Shown here piece by piece: positions 20,317 through 29,993 of a stretch of 63,856 bases of DNA. How positions within the stretch are numbered: the stretch's first letter is position 1; each line of letters begins with the position of its first letter. The translations under genes were made by a program, and so were the position numbers. The stretch covers positions 1-63,856 of the forward strand of contig JBHPCH010000001.1 in NCBI GenBank assembly GCA_042576125.1. Direction: 5' to 3'. The notes under the pieces were generated by a model. The model did no database searches, was not told the origin of the DNA, and worked only from the letters and a program-made list of their open reading frames with translations. This DNA comes from Thermodesulfobacteriota bacterium (lineage in GTDB: Bacteria > Desulfobacterota > Desulfobulbia > Desulfobulbales > BM004).

Positions 20317-21654
20317 ATGCTTTGGAATGAAGTCAAGGAAATATTAAAATATAAACTCCCTGAACCCGTACAGCATTTATGGATCGAACCTCTGGACTGT
20401 ATCAGTGCAGATGAGAATCATATTGAACTTGCGTGTCCTGATAAATTTTTTTGTTCCTGGGTGAAGGAGAATTACGCAAAGAGTATCGAAGAAAGTCTGG
20501 TGCAGTTGGGTAAGAACTCAGTGAAAATCGAGTTTACTGTATCCAGGGCATCTTTGAATGGGACAACGGTTCCTTTACTGGAAGGCAATACCGGAGAGCA
20601 ACTTCGCCTTCCGACAATTCCTGAAGTCAAATCAAATATCAGGTATCTGCATCCCAGGTATGTCTTTGAAGAATTCATGGTGGGAGATTCAAACCTTCTG
20701 GCCCATTCTGCCTGCCAAGCTATTGCCAATGGCGACACTTCCTTCGGATCATCACTTTTTATTAATGCCGGTACCGGTTTGGGCAAAAGCCATCTGACAC
20801 ATGCGGTGGCCCACTCGATAGTAAATAATTTTCCCGGAACAAGATTGCATTATTTAACTGCTCAGCAGTTTTCCTCCGAAATGGTTTCCCGGATCAGATC
20901 GAACTCCATGGATGTATTTAAGGATAAATATCATAATCACTGTGATGTTTTACTGGTTGAAGATGTGCAGAGCCTGACCGGTAAAGTAAAAACCCAGGAA
21001 GAACTCAATGAACTGCTCGATGTTTTGATGAAGGCAGGTAAACGTATTGTTTTGACCGGCTCAACAGTTCCGAGAAAACTAACCAATATTGACGAGGGGT
21101 TCCGCTCCCGCATGTCTGCAGGATTGATTTCAACCATCAATGCTCCTGATTTGCAGACAAGTCGTCTGATCATCATACGTAAGGCATCAAACTGCAACCT
21201 TGAACTTGACAATGATTTAGTGGAATACCTGGCCCAGAGCATACGGGGCGATATTCGTAAACTTGAAAGTGCAATAGTAGGCCTGAAAGCACAATCATCA
21301 TTGCTGAAAAGAGCTCCTGACCTTGCTATGGCCAAGGAGGTTGTTGCAGAGATTATCGGCAACAGCCAGGAATTGTCAGCTGAATTGATAAGAGATTTTA
21401 TCGCCCATCAATTCAAGGTCAGCATTCAGGATATGCAGTCGAGATCACGCAAGAAAACAATTACTTTCCCCCGACAGGTCTCAATGTACCTGGCAAGAAA
21501 ATATACTGAACAGGGGTTAGCTGAAATTGGCAAGGCGTTTAACAGGGATCACTCTACTGTGTTGCATTCAGTCAGAGTTATTTCCGAAGCAATCGCACGT
21601 AATGGCAGCATTCGTGGCCAGGTAAAACTGCTGGCCGATAAGCTGAAGAAATAG
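20317..21654 (+). CDS. dnaA: Chromosomal replication initiator protein DnaA
   Basis: 445 aa with N-terminus MLWNEVKEILKYKLPEPVQHLWIEPL, AAA+ Walker A GTGLGKSHL, and a C-terminal DNA-binding region (FNRDHSTVLHS). Confidence 0.95.
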   Translation: MLWNEVKEILKYKLPEPVQHLWIEPLDCISADENHIELACPDKFFCSWVKENYAKSIEESLVQLGKNSVKIEFTVSRASLNGTTVPLLEGNTGEQLRLPTIPEVKSNIRYLHPRYVFEEFMVGDSNLLAHSACQAIANGDTSFGSSLFINAGTGLGKSHLTHAVAHSIVNNFPGTRLHYLTAQQFSSEMVSRIRSNSMDVFKDKYHNHCDVLLVEDVQSLTGKVKTQEELNELLDVLMKAGKRIVLTGSTVPRKLTNIDEGFRSRMSAGLISTINAPDLQTSRLIIIRKASNCNLELDNDLVEYLAQSIRGDIRKLESAIVGLKAQSSLLKRAPDLAMAKEVVAEIIGNSQELSAELIRDFIAHQFKVSIQDMQSRSRKKTITFPRQVSMYLARKYTEQGLAEIGKAFNRDHSTVLHSVRVISEAIARNGSIRGQVKLLADKLKK

Positions 21655-21672
21655 ATTTTAGGAAAGGTTGGG

Positions 21673-21819
21673 CAGGCAAAGTTCAGAAGCCAGAATTCGG
21701 AAAACAATATTGTTTGCCTCCCGTAAACAGTTCATCTCCTGGGCTGTTTTAGTCTATACTATAACCTGAATTTAAGTAGCTGTTTTTCCTGGTTTTTTCT
21801 GGCTTCTGAACTTTGCCTG
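21673..21819. repeat. 147-bp element bounded by a perfect 23-bp inverted repeat
   Basis: CAGGCAAAGTTCAGAAGCCAGAA (21673-21695) is the exact reverse complement of 21797-21819. The 101-nt interior contains the palindrome AAACAATATTGTTT (21702-21715) and the hairpin AAACAG...CTGTTT (21725-21749). Confidence 0.85.
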
Positions 21820-21832
21820 TGCAACGTATCTA

Positions 21833-23233
21833 CTAGAAGTAGACCCCCTTAACCTCAGTCTCGCCTTTTGCTGAAATTCCTGCAGCGATTGCAGAAGCTA
21901 CCTGTTTGGCAGATTTGGTCATATCGTTTATCCCGATACCTTCCCAGCCGAAACCACATACATAAAGCCCCTGATTATTGTTAACCAGTTTGTCCCGCCA
22001 ATGAAGGAGCTTTGGATACCCTATTTCCAGCTGTGGGATTCCATGGGATGGTCTCAGGACTTTTGAAAATACAGGGGGATCTGGAAGGTGGATGAGTTGT
22101 TTAAGGTCAGCATATGTTTCACGTATCAAAATATCATCAGGCAGTTCAAGTTTTTCAGGGTGTCTTCTGCCGCCAACAAGAGCCTCGAGCAGCTGATGTC
22201 CTGCAGGAGCCCGACCTGGAAACATATGGGTTGAGAAAAGGGCACCCATGGCAAATCTTTTTTCCTCTTCCGGGGCCAGGTATCCAAAGCCAAAGGGTAT
22301 ATCGGCTGAATCTGTAAATCCAAGAACCACGTTTACTATCCGAGCTTCAGGTATTGCCTGTACAGGACTTGGAGCGTTCGTCAGACTTTCCGAATTGTTT
22401 AATAGCGATAGGGCCTGGTTAATTGAAAGTGCCAGGACGAGATTTTTGGCCTTATAGCTGTTTTTGGAAGTTCTTACTTCCCAGCCATTTTCATTTTTAA
22501 GAATGCTTTCAACTTCTGTGGAACATACCAGATGTTTATCTGCAGTCAGTGCTTCAGGCAGCCTGCCCATTCCCTCTGGGAAACTGATCATGGCAGGAAG
22601 TTTTATTGGTCCGTCGCCCTGTTTTTTTGCCTTGGCAGCCTTTTTTTTCCGTAAAAGTCCTTTTATTACAGAACCGTTTTCCAACTCGAGATTGCGTATG
22701 CCGGGAAAAACAGCATCAATACTTAACCGGTGTAAATCACCGGCATAGGTGCCGGTCAAAACGGCATCGACAAAGGGCAGCAGGCTGGAGCCGAAACGAT
22801 ACTCAGCCCATTGAGCAACAGTTTGTTCCCCGGGCCGTGGTTTTTTCCAGAGATCAGCCAGGACGCGAAGTTTGGCAGGCAAGGAAACCAGGTTTGATTT
22901 AATGATTTTTTTAGGATTCTGGGGAATGAGATTCAGTCTGCCGTTTAAACAGACATAACGGACAAATTCTCCAAGAGGTGCCTTCTGGGTCTCTTTGTCA
23001 AGGCCTGTGTCATCCAGAAGTTCCCGGCTCGCCTCCGCGTTATCAAGAAAACCGTGGGCGCCCCATTCGGCCAGGAAACCGTCCTGCTGAAATGAGCTTA
23101 TTGCACCCCCGGGTGTAGAGGATTTTTCTAAAATTTTTACCCTGGCATCGGGTTGGTATTTTTGAAGAAAGTGAGCCACTGTAAGCCCTGAAAGACCACC
23201 GCCTATGATTAATGTATCGATATCATTTCCCAT
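21833..23233 (-). CDS. hemY: FAD-dependent protoporphyrinogen/coproporphyrinogen oxidase (HemY family)
   Basis: 466 aa with an N-terminal dinucleotide-binding motif IIGGGLSGL and the pattern GGAISSFQQDGFLAEWGAHGF typical of HemY/PPOX. Confidence 0.6.
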   Translation of the reverse strand: MGNDIDTLIIGGGLSGLTVAHFLQKYQPDARVKILEKSSTPGGAISSFQQDGFLAEWGAHGFLDNAEASRELLDDTGLDKETQKAPLGEFVRYVCLNGRLNLIPQNPKKIIKSNLVSLPAKLRVLADLWKKPRPGEQTVAQWAEYRFGSSLLPFVDAVLTGTYAGDLHRLSIDAVFPGIRNLELENGSVIKGLLRKKKAAKAKKQGDGPIKLPAMISFPEGMGRLPEALTADKHLVCSTEVESILKNENGWEVRTSKNSYKAKNLVLALSINQALSLLNNSESLTNAPSPVQAIPEARIVNVVLGFTDSADIPFGFGYLAPEEEKRFAMGALFSTHMFPGRAPAGHQLLEALVGGRRHPEKLELPDDILIRETYADLKQLIHLPDPPVFSKVLRPSHGIPQLEIGYPKLLHWRDKLVNNNQGLYVCGFGWEGIGINDMTKSAKQVASAIAAGISAKGETEVKGVYF

Positions 23234-23253
23234 AATTTTTTTTGTAACCTTTT

Positions 23254-23907
23254 CTATAAATAATTGAGCGAAGCTGAAATCTCGCCTTTTTTAAAAAAAA
23301 TATCGATGTAACCTCCATTCCTGACCGCACCGGAATTGAGTACTAATGTTCTGCCGATAGAGTCCTGTCCCCCGGATTCATGGATGTGACCGGTCAAACA
23401 GAGGAGAGGCTGTTTCTCTTCAATATAAGTTCTTACCGCAGTGCTGCCAACATGCTTGCCATTTAAAAGTTTATCTGTGTTAGTCTTAAAAGGGGGAACA
23501 TGGGAAACAAGAATATGATATTTCGCATCTTTTACCTGTGAAATACCTGTGGCCAGAAAGTCTGAAAGTTCCTGCTCGCTGAATTCATTCGGTGTGTTAA
23601 AAGGAGTATAATTTGAGCCTCCCAAACCAACAATTGCCAATGAGTTAAATATTTTACCTCTTCCATGTAAACTCAAGCCCATGTCTTCAAGATAGTGCGC
23701 AACATCGGGCTGATCAAGGTTCCCTGCAACACCTAAGATATTGTTATTTATGGCCAGCAGTTCTCTGATAACCTTTTCGGCATCGTTCCTGAAACCGAAA
23801 TTGGTAATATCTCCTGTGATTATGATGATGTCAGCAGAATGTATACCCGGGATGCTTTCCACATCACCAATATTCATATGGATATCTCCAAAGGCAATAA
23901 TTCTCAT
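23254..23907 (-). CDS. Metallophosphoesterase (calcineurin-like)
   Basis: 217 aa with motifs MRIIAFGDIH, GDITN, GNLD and GHIH in the canonical order. Confidence 0.75.
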   Translation of the reverse strand: MRIIAFGDIHMNIGDVESIPGIHSADIIIITGDITNFGFRNDAEKVIRELLAINNNILGVAGNLDQPDVAHYLEDMGLSLHGRGKIFNSLAIVGLGGSNYTPFNTPNEFSEQELSDFLATGISQVKDAKYHILVSHVPPFKTNTDKLLNGKHVGSTAVRTYIEEKQPLLCLTGHIHESGGQDSIGRTLVLNSGAVRNGGYIDIFFKKGEISASLNYL

Positions 23908-23993
23908 GAGTCCAAACTTTCGGGTTCCTGTTTATCTGTTGAAAATTTTCTTCAAATAAAGCTGCCAAGGCCCATTTGGTTGATTTCTATTTC

Positions 23994-24021
23994 TTGACAG
24001 ACAGCTCATGATGATTATCAT
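23994..24021 (+). promoter_or_regulatory. Candidate sigma70-type promoter of htpG
   Basis: TTGACA (23994-23999), a 16-nt spacer, then TATCAT (24016-24021), about 55 nt upstream of the htpG start. Confidence 0.35.
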
Positions 24022-24075
24022 CTTTGCCGAAATAAAGGGTAAAAATATTTAATAAAGATAATAGGAGGCAGTAGA

Positions 24076-25965
24076 ATGGCCAAGAAAAAAACCAAAACAG
24101 AAACAAAAGAATTTCAGGCGGAAGTCAAGAAGTTACTCGATATTGTAATACATTCTCTTTATACGGAACGGGAAATTTTTGTGCGGGAGTTGGTTTCCAA
24201 CGCCGCTGATGCCCTGGAAAAATTCAGGCATCAGTCCCTTTTGGAAGAAGAGGTTTTTGACAGCCATGTGCCTCTTGAAATAACTATTGATGTTGATGAT
24301 GCAAACCATACGCTGACTATTACCGATACCGGTATTGGTATGACCAGGGAGGAACTTGAGGCAAATCTTGGCACCATAGCGCATTCAGGTTCAAATACTT
24401 TTTTATCTGAGCTGGCAGAGGCTGCGAAAAAGGATATCAGCCTGATAGGACAGTTTGGCGTTGGCTTTTATTCAGCCTTTATGGCGTCAAAAAAGGTGAG
24501 GGTCCTGTCGCGCTCGTATGTACCTGATGCTTTGGGCTATGAATGGTCATCGGATGGCAGTGGCAGTTATACGCTGAAAGAAGAGGATGGCCTGCACCGC
24601 GGTACCAAAATAATTGTTGAGCTTAAAGAAGATGCCCATGAATTTGCCAATGAGGAGAAAATTAAGGGAATTATCAAACAGTATTCAAACTTTGTGCCGT
24701 TTCCCATCAAGGTTAAAAGCGAAACAGTCAATACGGTTCAGGCCTTATGGGCAAGAAGTAAAAATGAGATTAAGGAGGAGGAGTATACTGAGTTTTACAA
24801 ATTCATCGGCAATGCTTTTGATGAGCCCCTTCAGCGTCTTCATTTTACCGCTGATGCTCCCTTGGCTATTAATGCACTGCTTTTTGTGCCCAAGGAAAAT
24901 CTTGAAAGACTTGGCTTTGGCCGTATGAAACCAGGGGTTAATCTTTACTGCCAGAAGGTGCTTATTGAGCAGCATAGCGAAAATATTCTGCCGGAATGGC
25001 TGCGTTTCCTGAAAGGGGTAGTTGACAGTGAGGACCTGCCGTTGAATATATCACGTCAGGCCCTGCAGGATTCTGCTCTGGTAGCAAAGTTGAAACAGGT
25101 TCTTACCAGGCGTTTTCTCAAGTTCCTCGGCGAGCAGGTTAAGGAAGATGCTGAAAAGTATAATGAGTTCTTTGCTGCTTTCGGCATTTATCTTAAAGAG
25201 GGCGCAACCTCTGATTATGCCTATCGTGATGAGATCGCCAAGTTGCTGCGCTTTGAATCATCGAAATCAGAAGCAGGGAAATTGATTTCCCTTGAAGAGT
25301 ATGTGGAACGTATGGTCGAAGGACAGAGAGAAATCTACTACATTAACGGCCCCTCAAGGACTGCTGCTGAATCAGGACCCTATGTCGAGGCCTTCAGAAA
25401 AAGAAATATTGAGATAATTTATACCCTGGAGCCGATAGATGACTTTGTCATGAACCATGTTGCTGAGTTTGATGGCAAGAAACTTGTCTCAGCCGACAGG
25501 GGTGATCTTGATCTTTCAGCCATAAAAAGCAGTGAGGATAAGGAAGAAAAGGAAACAGAATCTCCACTGGAGGGGGAGGTTGCCAAATCCCTTACCGGGT
25601 GGATCAAGGAAGCCCTTGGCGAGCGGGTTAAGAATGTGATTGTTTCAAAACGGCTGGTTGAAAGCCCTGCTATTATAGTAAATCCGGATGCTTATATGAC
25701 CAGCACCATGGAACGGGTGATGCAGGCTGCAAGGCTTGAAAAGGGGGATTCTTTCCAGGAGGCAAGTGCAAAAAACCTGGAAATAAACACCGGCCATCCT
25801 CTTATCAAGCAATTATCCCATCTGCGAGGTACTGATGAAGGTTTTGCCAAGAATGTAATTGAACAGATTTTTGATAATGCCTTGATCCAGGCAGGCCTCA
25901 TTGTTGATCCCAGAAAAATGGTGGAGCGAAGCTACAGAATTCTTGAGCGAGCTACAAAAGGGTGA
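24076..25965 (+). CDS. htpG: Molecular chaperone HtpG (Hsp90)
   Basis: 629 aa with an Hsp90 N-terminal ATPase signature (FQAEVKKLLDIVIHSLYTEREIFVRELVSNAADA, GQFGVGFYSAF). Confidence 0.95.
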   Translation: MAKKKTKTETKEFQAEVKKLLDIVIHSLYTEREIFVRELVSNAADALEKFRHQSLLEEEVFDSHVPLEITIDVDDANHTLTITDTGIGMTREELEANLGTIAHSGSNTFLSELAEAAKKDISLIGQFGVGFYSAFMASKKVRVLSRSYVPDALGYEWSSDGSGSYTLKEEDGLHRGTKIIVELKEDAHEFANEEKIKGIIKQYSNFVPFPIKVKSETVNTVQALWARSKNEIKEEEYTEFYKFIGNAFDEPLQRLHFTADAPLAINALLFVPKENLERLGFGRMKPGVNLYCQKVLIEQHSENILPEWLRFLKGVVDSEDLPLNISRQALQDSALVAKLKQVLTRRFLKFLGEQVKEDAEKYNEFFAAFGIYLKEGATSDYAYRDEIAKLLRFESSKSEAGKLISLEEYVERMVEGQREIYYINGPSRTAAESGPYVEAFRKRNIEIIYTLEPIDDFVMNHVAEFDGKKLVSADRGDLDLSAIKSSEDKEEKETESPLEGEVAKSLTGWIKEALGERVKNVIVSKRLVESPAIIVNPDAYMTSTMERVMQAARLEKGDSFQEASAKNLEINTGHPLIKQLSHLRGTDEGFAKNVIEQIFDNALIQAGLIVDPRKMVERSYRILERATKG

Positions 25966-26113
25966 GCTGAAATAACAGTTACAGAGTTATTGTATTGAAA
26001 AAGGGTGATGTTCAGTATATTCTTGCCTGGCTGCTTAATATTTTTAAAAAGTATCCGGACAGGAGACCGCAGTACTTAATAAGCCGGGAAGGTATACGAT
26101 GGGAGAAAAATTG

Positions 26114-26491
26114 ATGTATAAGAAAGTATTTATTGTTGCTGTTGCTCTAAGCTTGTTACTCATATCTGGCATGGTTGGTTGCGCCAAAAAAAATGTAAGG
26201 CATCTTGCTTCTGATGTATCACTGGTATCCCCGGGAACAACGAAGAAGCAGGAAGTCTTGAATTACCTGGGGCAGCCGGATGCAGAATATAAAACGGACG
26301 GAGGAGGTATTCTCTGGGTTTATTATGAAGAAAAAAACAACCTGATGGGCAAAACTCCGTATCTTGGGAAGAAATTTGGTAAGAAAACCTATGAGATTGT
26401 AAAGGTTGTATTCGCTGGTGATAATGTGCAATCCATTAATTACAGGACCATGAGAGAGGAGGATTTTAACGAGAGCGGGTTAGATGAGTAA
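26114..26491 (+). CDS. Small lipoprotein, BamE (SmpA/OmlA)-like
   Basis: Signal plus lipobox (LLISGMVGC) and the segment GTTKKQEVLNYLGQPD, which resembles the BamE core. The start was chosen at the ATG preceded by GGGAGA; the track start is 26099. Confidence 0.45.
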   Translation: MYKKVFIVAVALSLLLISGMVGCAKKNVRHLASDVSLVSPGTTKKQEVLNYLGQPDAEYKTDGGGILWVYYEEKNNLMGKTPYLGKKFGKKTYEIVKVVFAGDNVQSINYRTMREEDFNESGLDE

Positions 26492-26493
26492 GT

Positions 26494-27147
26494 ATGTTTG
26501 CATCTGATTTTGAAAAAGCCCGGGCCAGGATGGTTGACGAGCAGTTGATACCCCGCTCCATAAATGACCCGAAAACTCTGGAGGCCATGAAAAAGGTCCC
26601 GCGTCATTTTTTTGTTGAAGATGCGATGAAGAACCAGGCTTATGGCGACTTTCCGCTGCCGATTGGCAGGGGGCAGACCATTTCCCAACCTTATATAGTT
26701 GCCCTGATGACTCAGGCCTTGGCCTTGCAGGGCCATGAACATGTTCTGGAGATAGGCACCGGGTCCGGATACCAGGCCGCAATTCTCTCGCAGATATGTG
26801 AAAAGGTCTACACGGTTGAGAGGATTGATACCCTTCTTGTGCAGGCCAGAAAGGTTTTTGACTCTTTGCACTATCTGAATATTCTTACCAAGCTGGATGA
26901 TGGCACAAACGGGTGGCTGGAATATGCACCCTACGATGCAATAATTGTTACCGCAGGCGGCCCGAAGGTTCCCTTGCCGCTCCTGGATCAACTTACAGAT
27001 CCAGGCACCCTCATTATTCCGGTCGGGGACCGTGGGGTGCAGGATTTGCGGCTTGTCACAAAAAAAGATGGCGAAATCACGGAAAAAACCATCGAATATG
27101 TTCGTTTTGTCAATCTGATCGGCGATCATGGCTGGAAAAACGACTGA
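26494..27147 (+). CDS. pcm: Protein-L-isoaspartate O-methyltransferase
   Basis: 217 aa with QTISQPYIVALM and the SAM motif LEIGTGSGYQAA. Confidence 0.9.
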   Translation: MFASDFEKARARMVDEQLIPRSINDPKTLEAMKKVPRHFFVEDAMKNQAYGDFPLPIGRGQTISQPYIVALMTQALALQGHEHVLEIGTGSGYQAAILSQICEKVYTVERIDTLLVQARKVFDSLHYLNILTKLDDGTNGWLEYAPYDAIIVTAGGPKVPLPLLDQLTDPGTLIIPVGDRGVQDLRLVTKKDGEITEKTIEYVRFVNLIGDHGWKND

Positions 27148-27171
27148 TTCAAGTTTACCCTCTCAATTACT

Positions 27172-27804
27172 ATGACAGAACAGGATTTGCAGCCGGACGT
27201 AAAAGCTGCCCAAAAGATTGGCTGGTTCAGGCAACTCTATGACCGGTCTCTGTTATGGGTTCAGTCGCCAAGTGGTATCTGGGCCCTGTTTTTTCTTGCG
27301 GTTGCAGAGTCATCTTTTTTCCCTATCCCGCCAGACGTTTTTCTCATTGTCATGTGCATTTCAGTACCGCGAAAGTCTTTTCGCTACGCAGCTGTCTGTG
27401 CAGCCGGTTCGGTAATTGGCGGAGTAATCGGCTATGGATTGGGTCTGGGGTTTATGGACACCATCGGGGTGAAAATTCTTGACTGGTACGGCCTGCAGGA
27501 CAAATATGAAGTAGTGCAGAATCTTTACAGGCAATATGATGCTCTCGCAGTAGGGGCCGCAGGTTTTACGCCACTGCCTTATAAGCTTTTTACCATTACG
27601 GCAGGAGCTTTTAAGATCAATTTTGTGACCTTTATCCTTGTTTCTCTGCTGTCGCGCTCAGCCCGTTTTTTTCTGGTTGCAGCCTTTATATTCAAGTTCG
27701 GTGCGCCGGTCAGGAAATTTATTGAGCGTTATTTCAACCTCTTGTCTATTTTGTTTTTTATTCTGCTGATAGGCGGTTTTCTCGTGGTTAAATTATTTTT
27801 TTAG
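27172..27804 (+). CDS. YqaA/DedA-family membrane protein
   Basis: 210 aa, polytopic, with AESSFFPIPPDV and a TPLPYK motif characteristic of YqaA-like (COG1238) proteins. Confidence 0.7.
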   Translation: MTEQDLQPDVKAAQKIGWFRQLYDRSLLWVQSPSGIWALFFLAVAESSFFPIPPDVFLIVMCISVPRKSFRYAAVCAAGSVIGGVIGYGLGLGFMDTIGVKILDWYGLQDKYEVVQNLYRQYDALAVGAAGFTPLPYKLFTITAGAFKINFVTFILVSLLSRSARFFLVAAFIFKFGAPVRKFIERYFNLLSILFFILLIGGFLVVKLFF

Positions 27805-27894
27805 ATGAGAATTCTTTTGAAATAGGCTAGAGTCTGCGCCAGTATAAATACGGATATAAGTTCGATAACGATAGATAATAATGGAGGAAGAAAC

Positions 27895-28008
27895 ATGTCA
27901 GATCATGACAGTGAACATGCCCATGAACCTGAAGATGAAAATGTCGGTGTCAAAGCAGGCATCTTTTTGATAGTGGTTCTGGTAGCACTTTACTTTATCG
28001 CACTATAA
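27895..28008 (+). CDS. Unlisted 37-aa small membrane protein (acidic/His-rich N-terminus plus one TM helix)
   Basis: GGAGGA Shine-Dalgarno 6 nt upstream of the ATG. Product MSDHDSEHAHEPEDENVGVKAGIFLIVVLVALYFIAL. A strong intrinsic terminator follows about 35 nt downstream. Confidence 0.45.
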   Translation: MSDHDSEHAHEPEDENVGVKAGIFLIVVLVALYFIAL

Positions 28009-28042
28009 TCGAGTTGAATTTCTGCATTTTCTGCGTTATCAG

Positions 28043-28080
28043 CTGATCCGCGTAGACTTGCTACAGCGGATCAGTTTCTG
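28043..28080 (+). terminator. Intrinsic terminator after the small ORF
   Basis: CTGATCCGCGTAG-ACTTG-CTACAGCGGATCAG (13 bp with a one-base bulge) followed by TTTCTGTCTT. Confidence 0.65.
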
Positions 28081-28178
28081 TCTTGAATCTACCAAGATTT
28101 CATCTCGATTATAGCTCTCGACAAATCTGTCTGTCTCAAAAGTGAATAAATAATAGATTGAAAGGATGCTAGGATGTT

Positions 28179-28424
28179 GGCCATTTCACGCAGCCGAGCA
28201 GTGGAAAAATAACCGGAATAGTGCGAGAGGTAAGCGGAACCATGAAATGGCGTAGACTCCGACTGTTTGAGCACCCCTGCGGGGCATAAACTCCGCGAGT
28301 CTCGCAGCGCCCGGTTATTTTGAGTAGCGCAGGGCATCCCGTTTCAAGCGGGACAAGTGACCGGCTGCACTTTCTTCGCCGCTTTGCTGCTGGTTCGTTT
28401 CTTTATGCAAGTAAAGAATTGAAC
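28179..28424 (-). repeat. Structured intergenic repeat, copy A
   Basis: The reverse complement aligns end-to-end with copies B and C. It carries a 31-32 nt insertion (about 28229-28260) relative to C. Confidence 0.8.
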
Positions 28425-28517
28425 GTAAATAAACTATAACGAGAATTAATTGTGTTGTTAAATTTTTCGACTGATTCTCAGTTTAGAAAAACCAAGCTTA
28501 CCCACCTGATTAAGAGC

Positions 28518-29834
28518 TTAATGATTTATTAAATTTTTAGCTAACTCCCTGACCTTTGCCATTGCTTCATCTGCATCGAAGGTGAGGATTTTCCTGTCCT
28601 GCATTACGATTTCACCGTTAATGATTACGGTGCTGACATCAGCGCCTCTGGCAGCGTATACCAGCGGATAAGGATGATAAAAGGGCTGCAGATGCGGCTG
28701 CATGAGATCCAGCAGTATAACATCAGCTTTTTTGCCGGGAGAAAGGCTGCCGATCTGGTCTGCCAGCCCAAGAACAGTAGCCCCGCCAATTGTGGCCATC
28801 TCAAGAACAGTCTTTGCAGGAAGTGCAGTCGGGTCTAGGTCTTTTACCTTATGGAGCTTGGCACAAATATTCATTTCAGAAAATAAATCGAGGGTGTTGT
28901 TACTGGCACAGCCGTCGGTTCCCAGTCCGACTGATATCCCGGCTGCAAGCATTTTGCTGAGCGGTGCGATGCCGGAGCCGAGTTTCATGTTACTCTGGGG
29001 GCAGGTAGAGACCTTGGCCCCGTTTTTCGCCAATATTACAATATCTCCTTCATCCAGCCACACACAGTGGACGCAGATGGTGTCCTTATCAAGAATATCC
29101 AGACTATCCAGGTATCGTACCGGAGTAGTGTTGTGCTGTTCCTGTATCTGTTGAATTTCTGTTTTTGTTTCGGCAAGATGTATGAAAAACCTGACATTTT
29201 TCTGCCGTGCAGCTTCTTTGGCCCTTTTCAAGGTGTCAGGGGAGCAAGTGTAGGGTGAATGGCAGAAAATTGCCGGGATAATCAATTTGTTTTTGGCCTG
29301 CCAGCGATCAATAAAGTGTGCGGCTGCCTCAATATTTTGTGTTGGGTCCGGAACGCCGGGAACCGGGAAGTCGATGACACCCTGGGCGACTACAGATCGC
29401 ATACCGCTGTCAGCAAAGGCCTCGGCCGCACTGTCTTCCAGAAAATAACCGTCAGCTACAGTTGTTGTCCCTGAAAGGATCATCTCTGCAGCGGCAAGTT
29501 TTGAGCACCAGTAAACCATCTCCGGGTTCACGCTTTTGGCCTCAGCCGGAAAGATATGTTCTTTGAGCCAGGTCATCAGCTCCAGATCGTCTGCTAAACC
29601 CCGGAAAAGACTCATGGCTGCATGGGTATGGGTGTTGACCAGGCCGGGCATGACCAGGTGACCGGTAGCATCAATTGTTCTTTCAGCCCCACTTGAAGCA
29701 GGCAGATCGGTCATGGACCCCAAAGCAGAGATTGCACCATCCTTGACTGAGAGAAATCCCTTATCAATAAACTTTACCTTATTATCAGACAAAGGCAGGA
29801 TGGAACAGTTTTTAATAAGAATGTCGTCGAGCAT
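28518..29834 (-). CDS. mtaD: Amidohydrolase, 5-methylthioadenosine/S-adenosylhomocysteine deaminase-like (MtaD/TRZ-ATZ family)
   Basis: 438 aa with the metal-binding motif VNTHTHAAMSLFRG, HLAET, and GTDG..SNN. Confidence 0.75.
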   Translation of the reverse strand: MLDDILIKNCSILPLSDNKVKFIDKGFLSVKDGAISALGSMTDLPASSGAERTIDATGHLVMPGLVNTHTHAAMSLFRGLADDLELMTWLKEHIFPAEAKSVNPEMVYWCSKLAAAEMILSGTTTVADGYFLEDSAAEAFADSGMRSVVAQGVIDFPVPGVPDPTQNIEAAAHFIDRWQAKNKLIIPAIFCHSPYTCSPDTLKRAKEAARQKNVRFFIHLAETKTEIQQIQEQHNTTPVRYLDSLDILDKDTICVHCVWLDEGDIVILAKNGAKVSTCPQSNMKLGSGIAPLSKMLAAGISVGLGTDGCASNNTLDLFSEMNICAKLHKVKDLDPTALPAKTVLEMATIGGATVLGLADQIGSLSPGKKADVILLDLMQPHLQPFYHPYPLVYAARGADVSTVIINGEIVMQDRKILTFDADEAMAKVRELAKNLINH

Positions 29835-29993
29835 AATCGATATCGGCTATTGTTAAAAAGTCGTTAGAAATTGATTATTCTATGGCATTGTAGAATTGCT
29901 GCTGTAAAGTATGGATACCACGCATGTAACCGTTAAGTATAGTTTAAAAATGATCCAGCGTCTATTCTGATATAAACTGTGGAGCGCATTATA

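Noticed and set aside
26440-27129. 229-aa minus-strand ORF
   Set aside because: It is fully antisense to pcm, which has clear methyltransferase motifs. It has no Shine-Dalgarno or recognisable domain and is a typical shadow ORF.
28089-28337. ORFs lying inside the structured repeats (28089-28337, 37173-37493, 44524-44769, 44583-44765)
   Set aside because: Their frames are not conserved between copies. Copy C has no ORF, and indels shift the frames in the others. There are no ribosome-binding sites. Conservation follows base pairing rather than codons.
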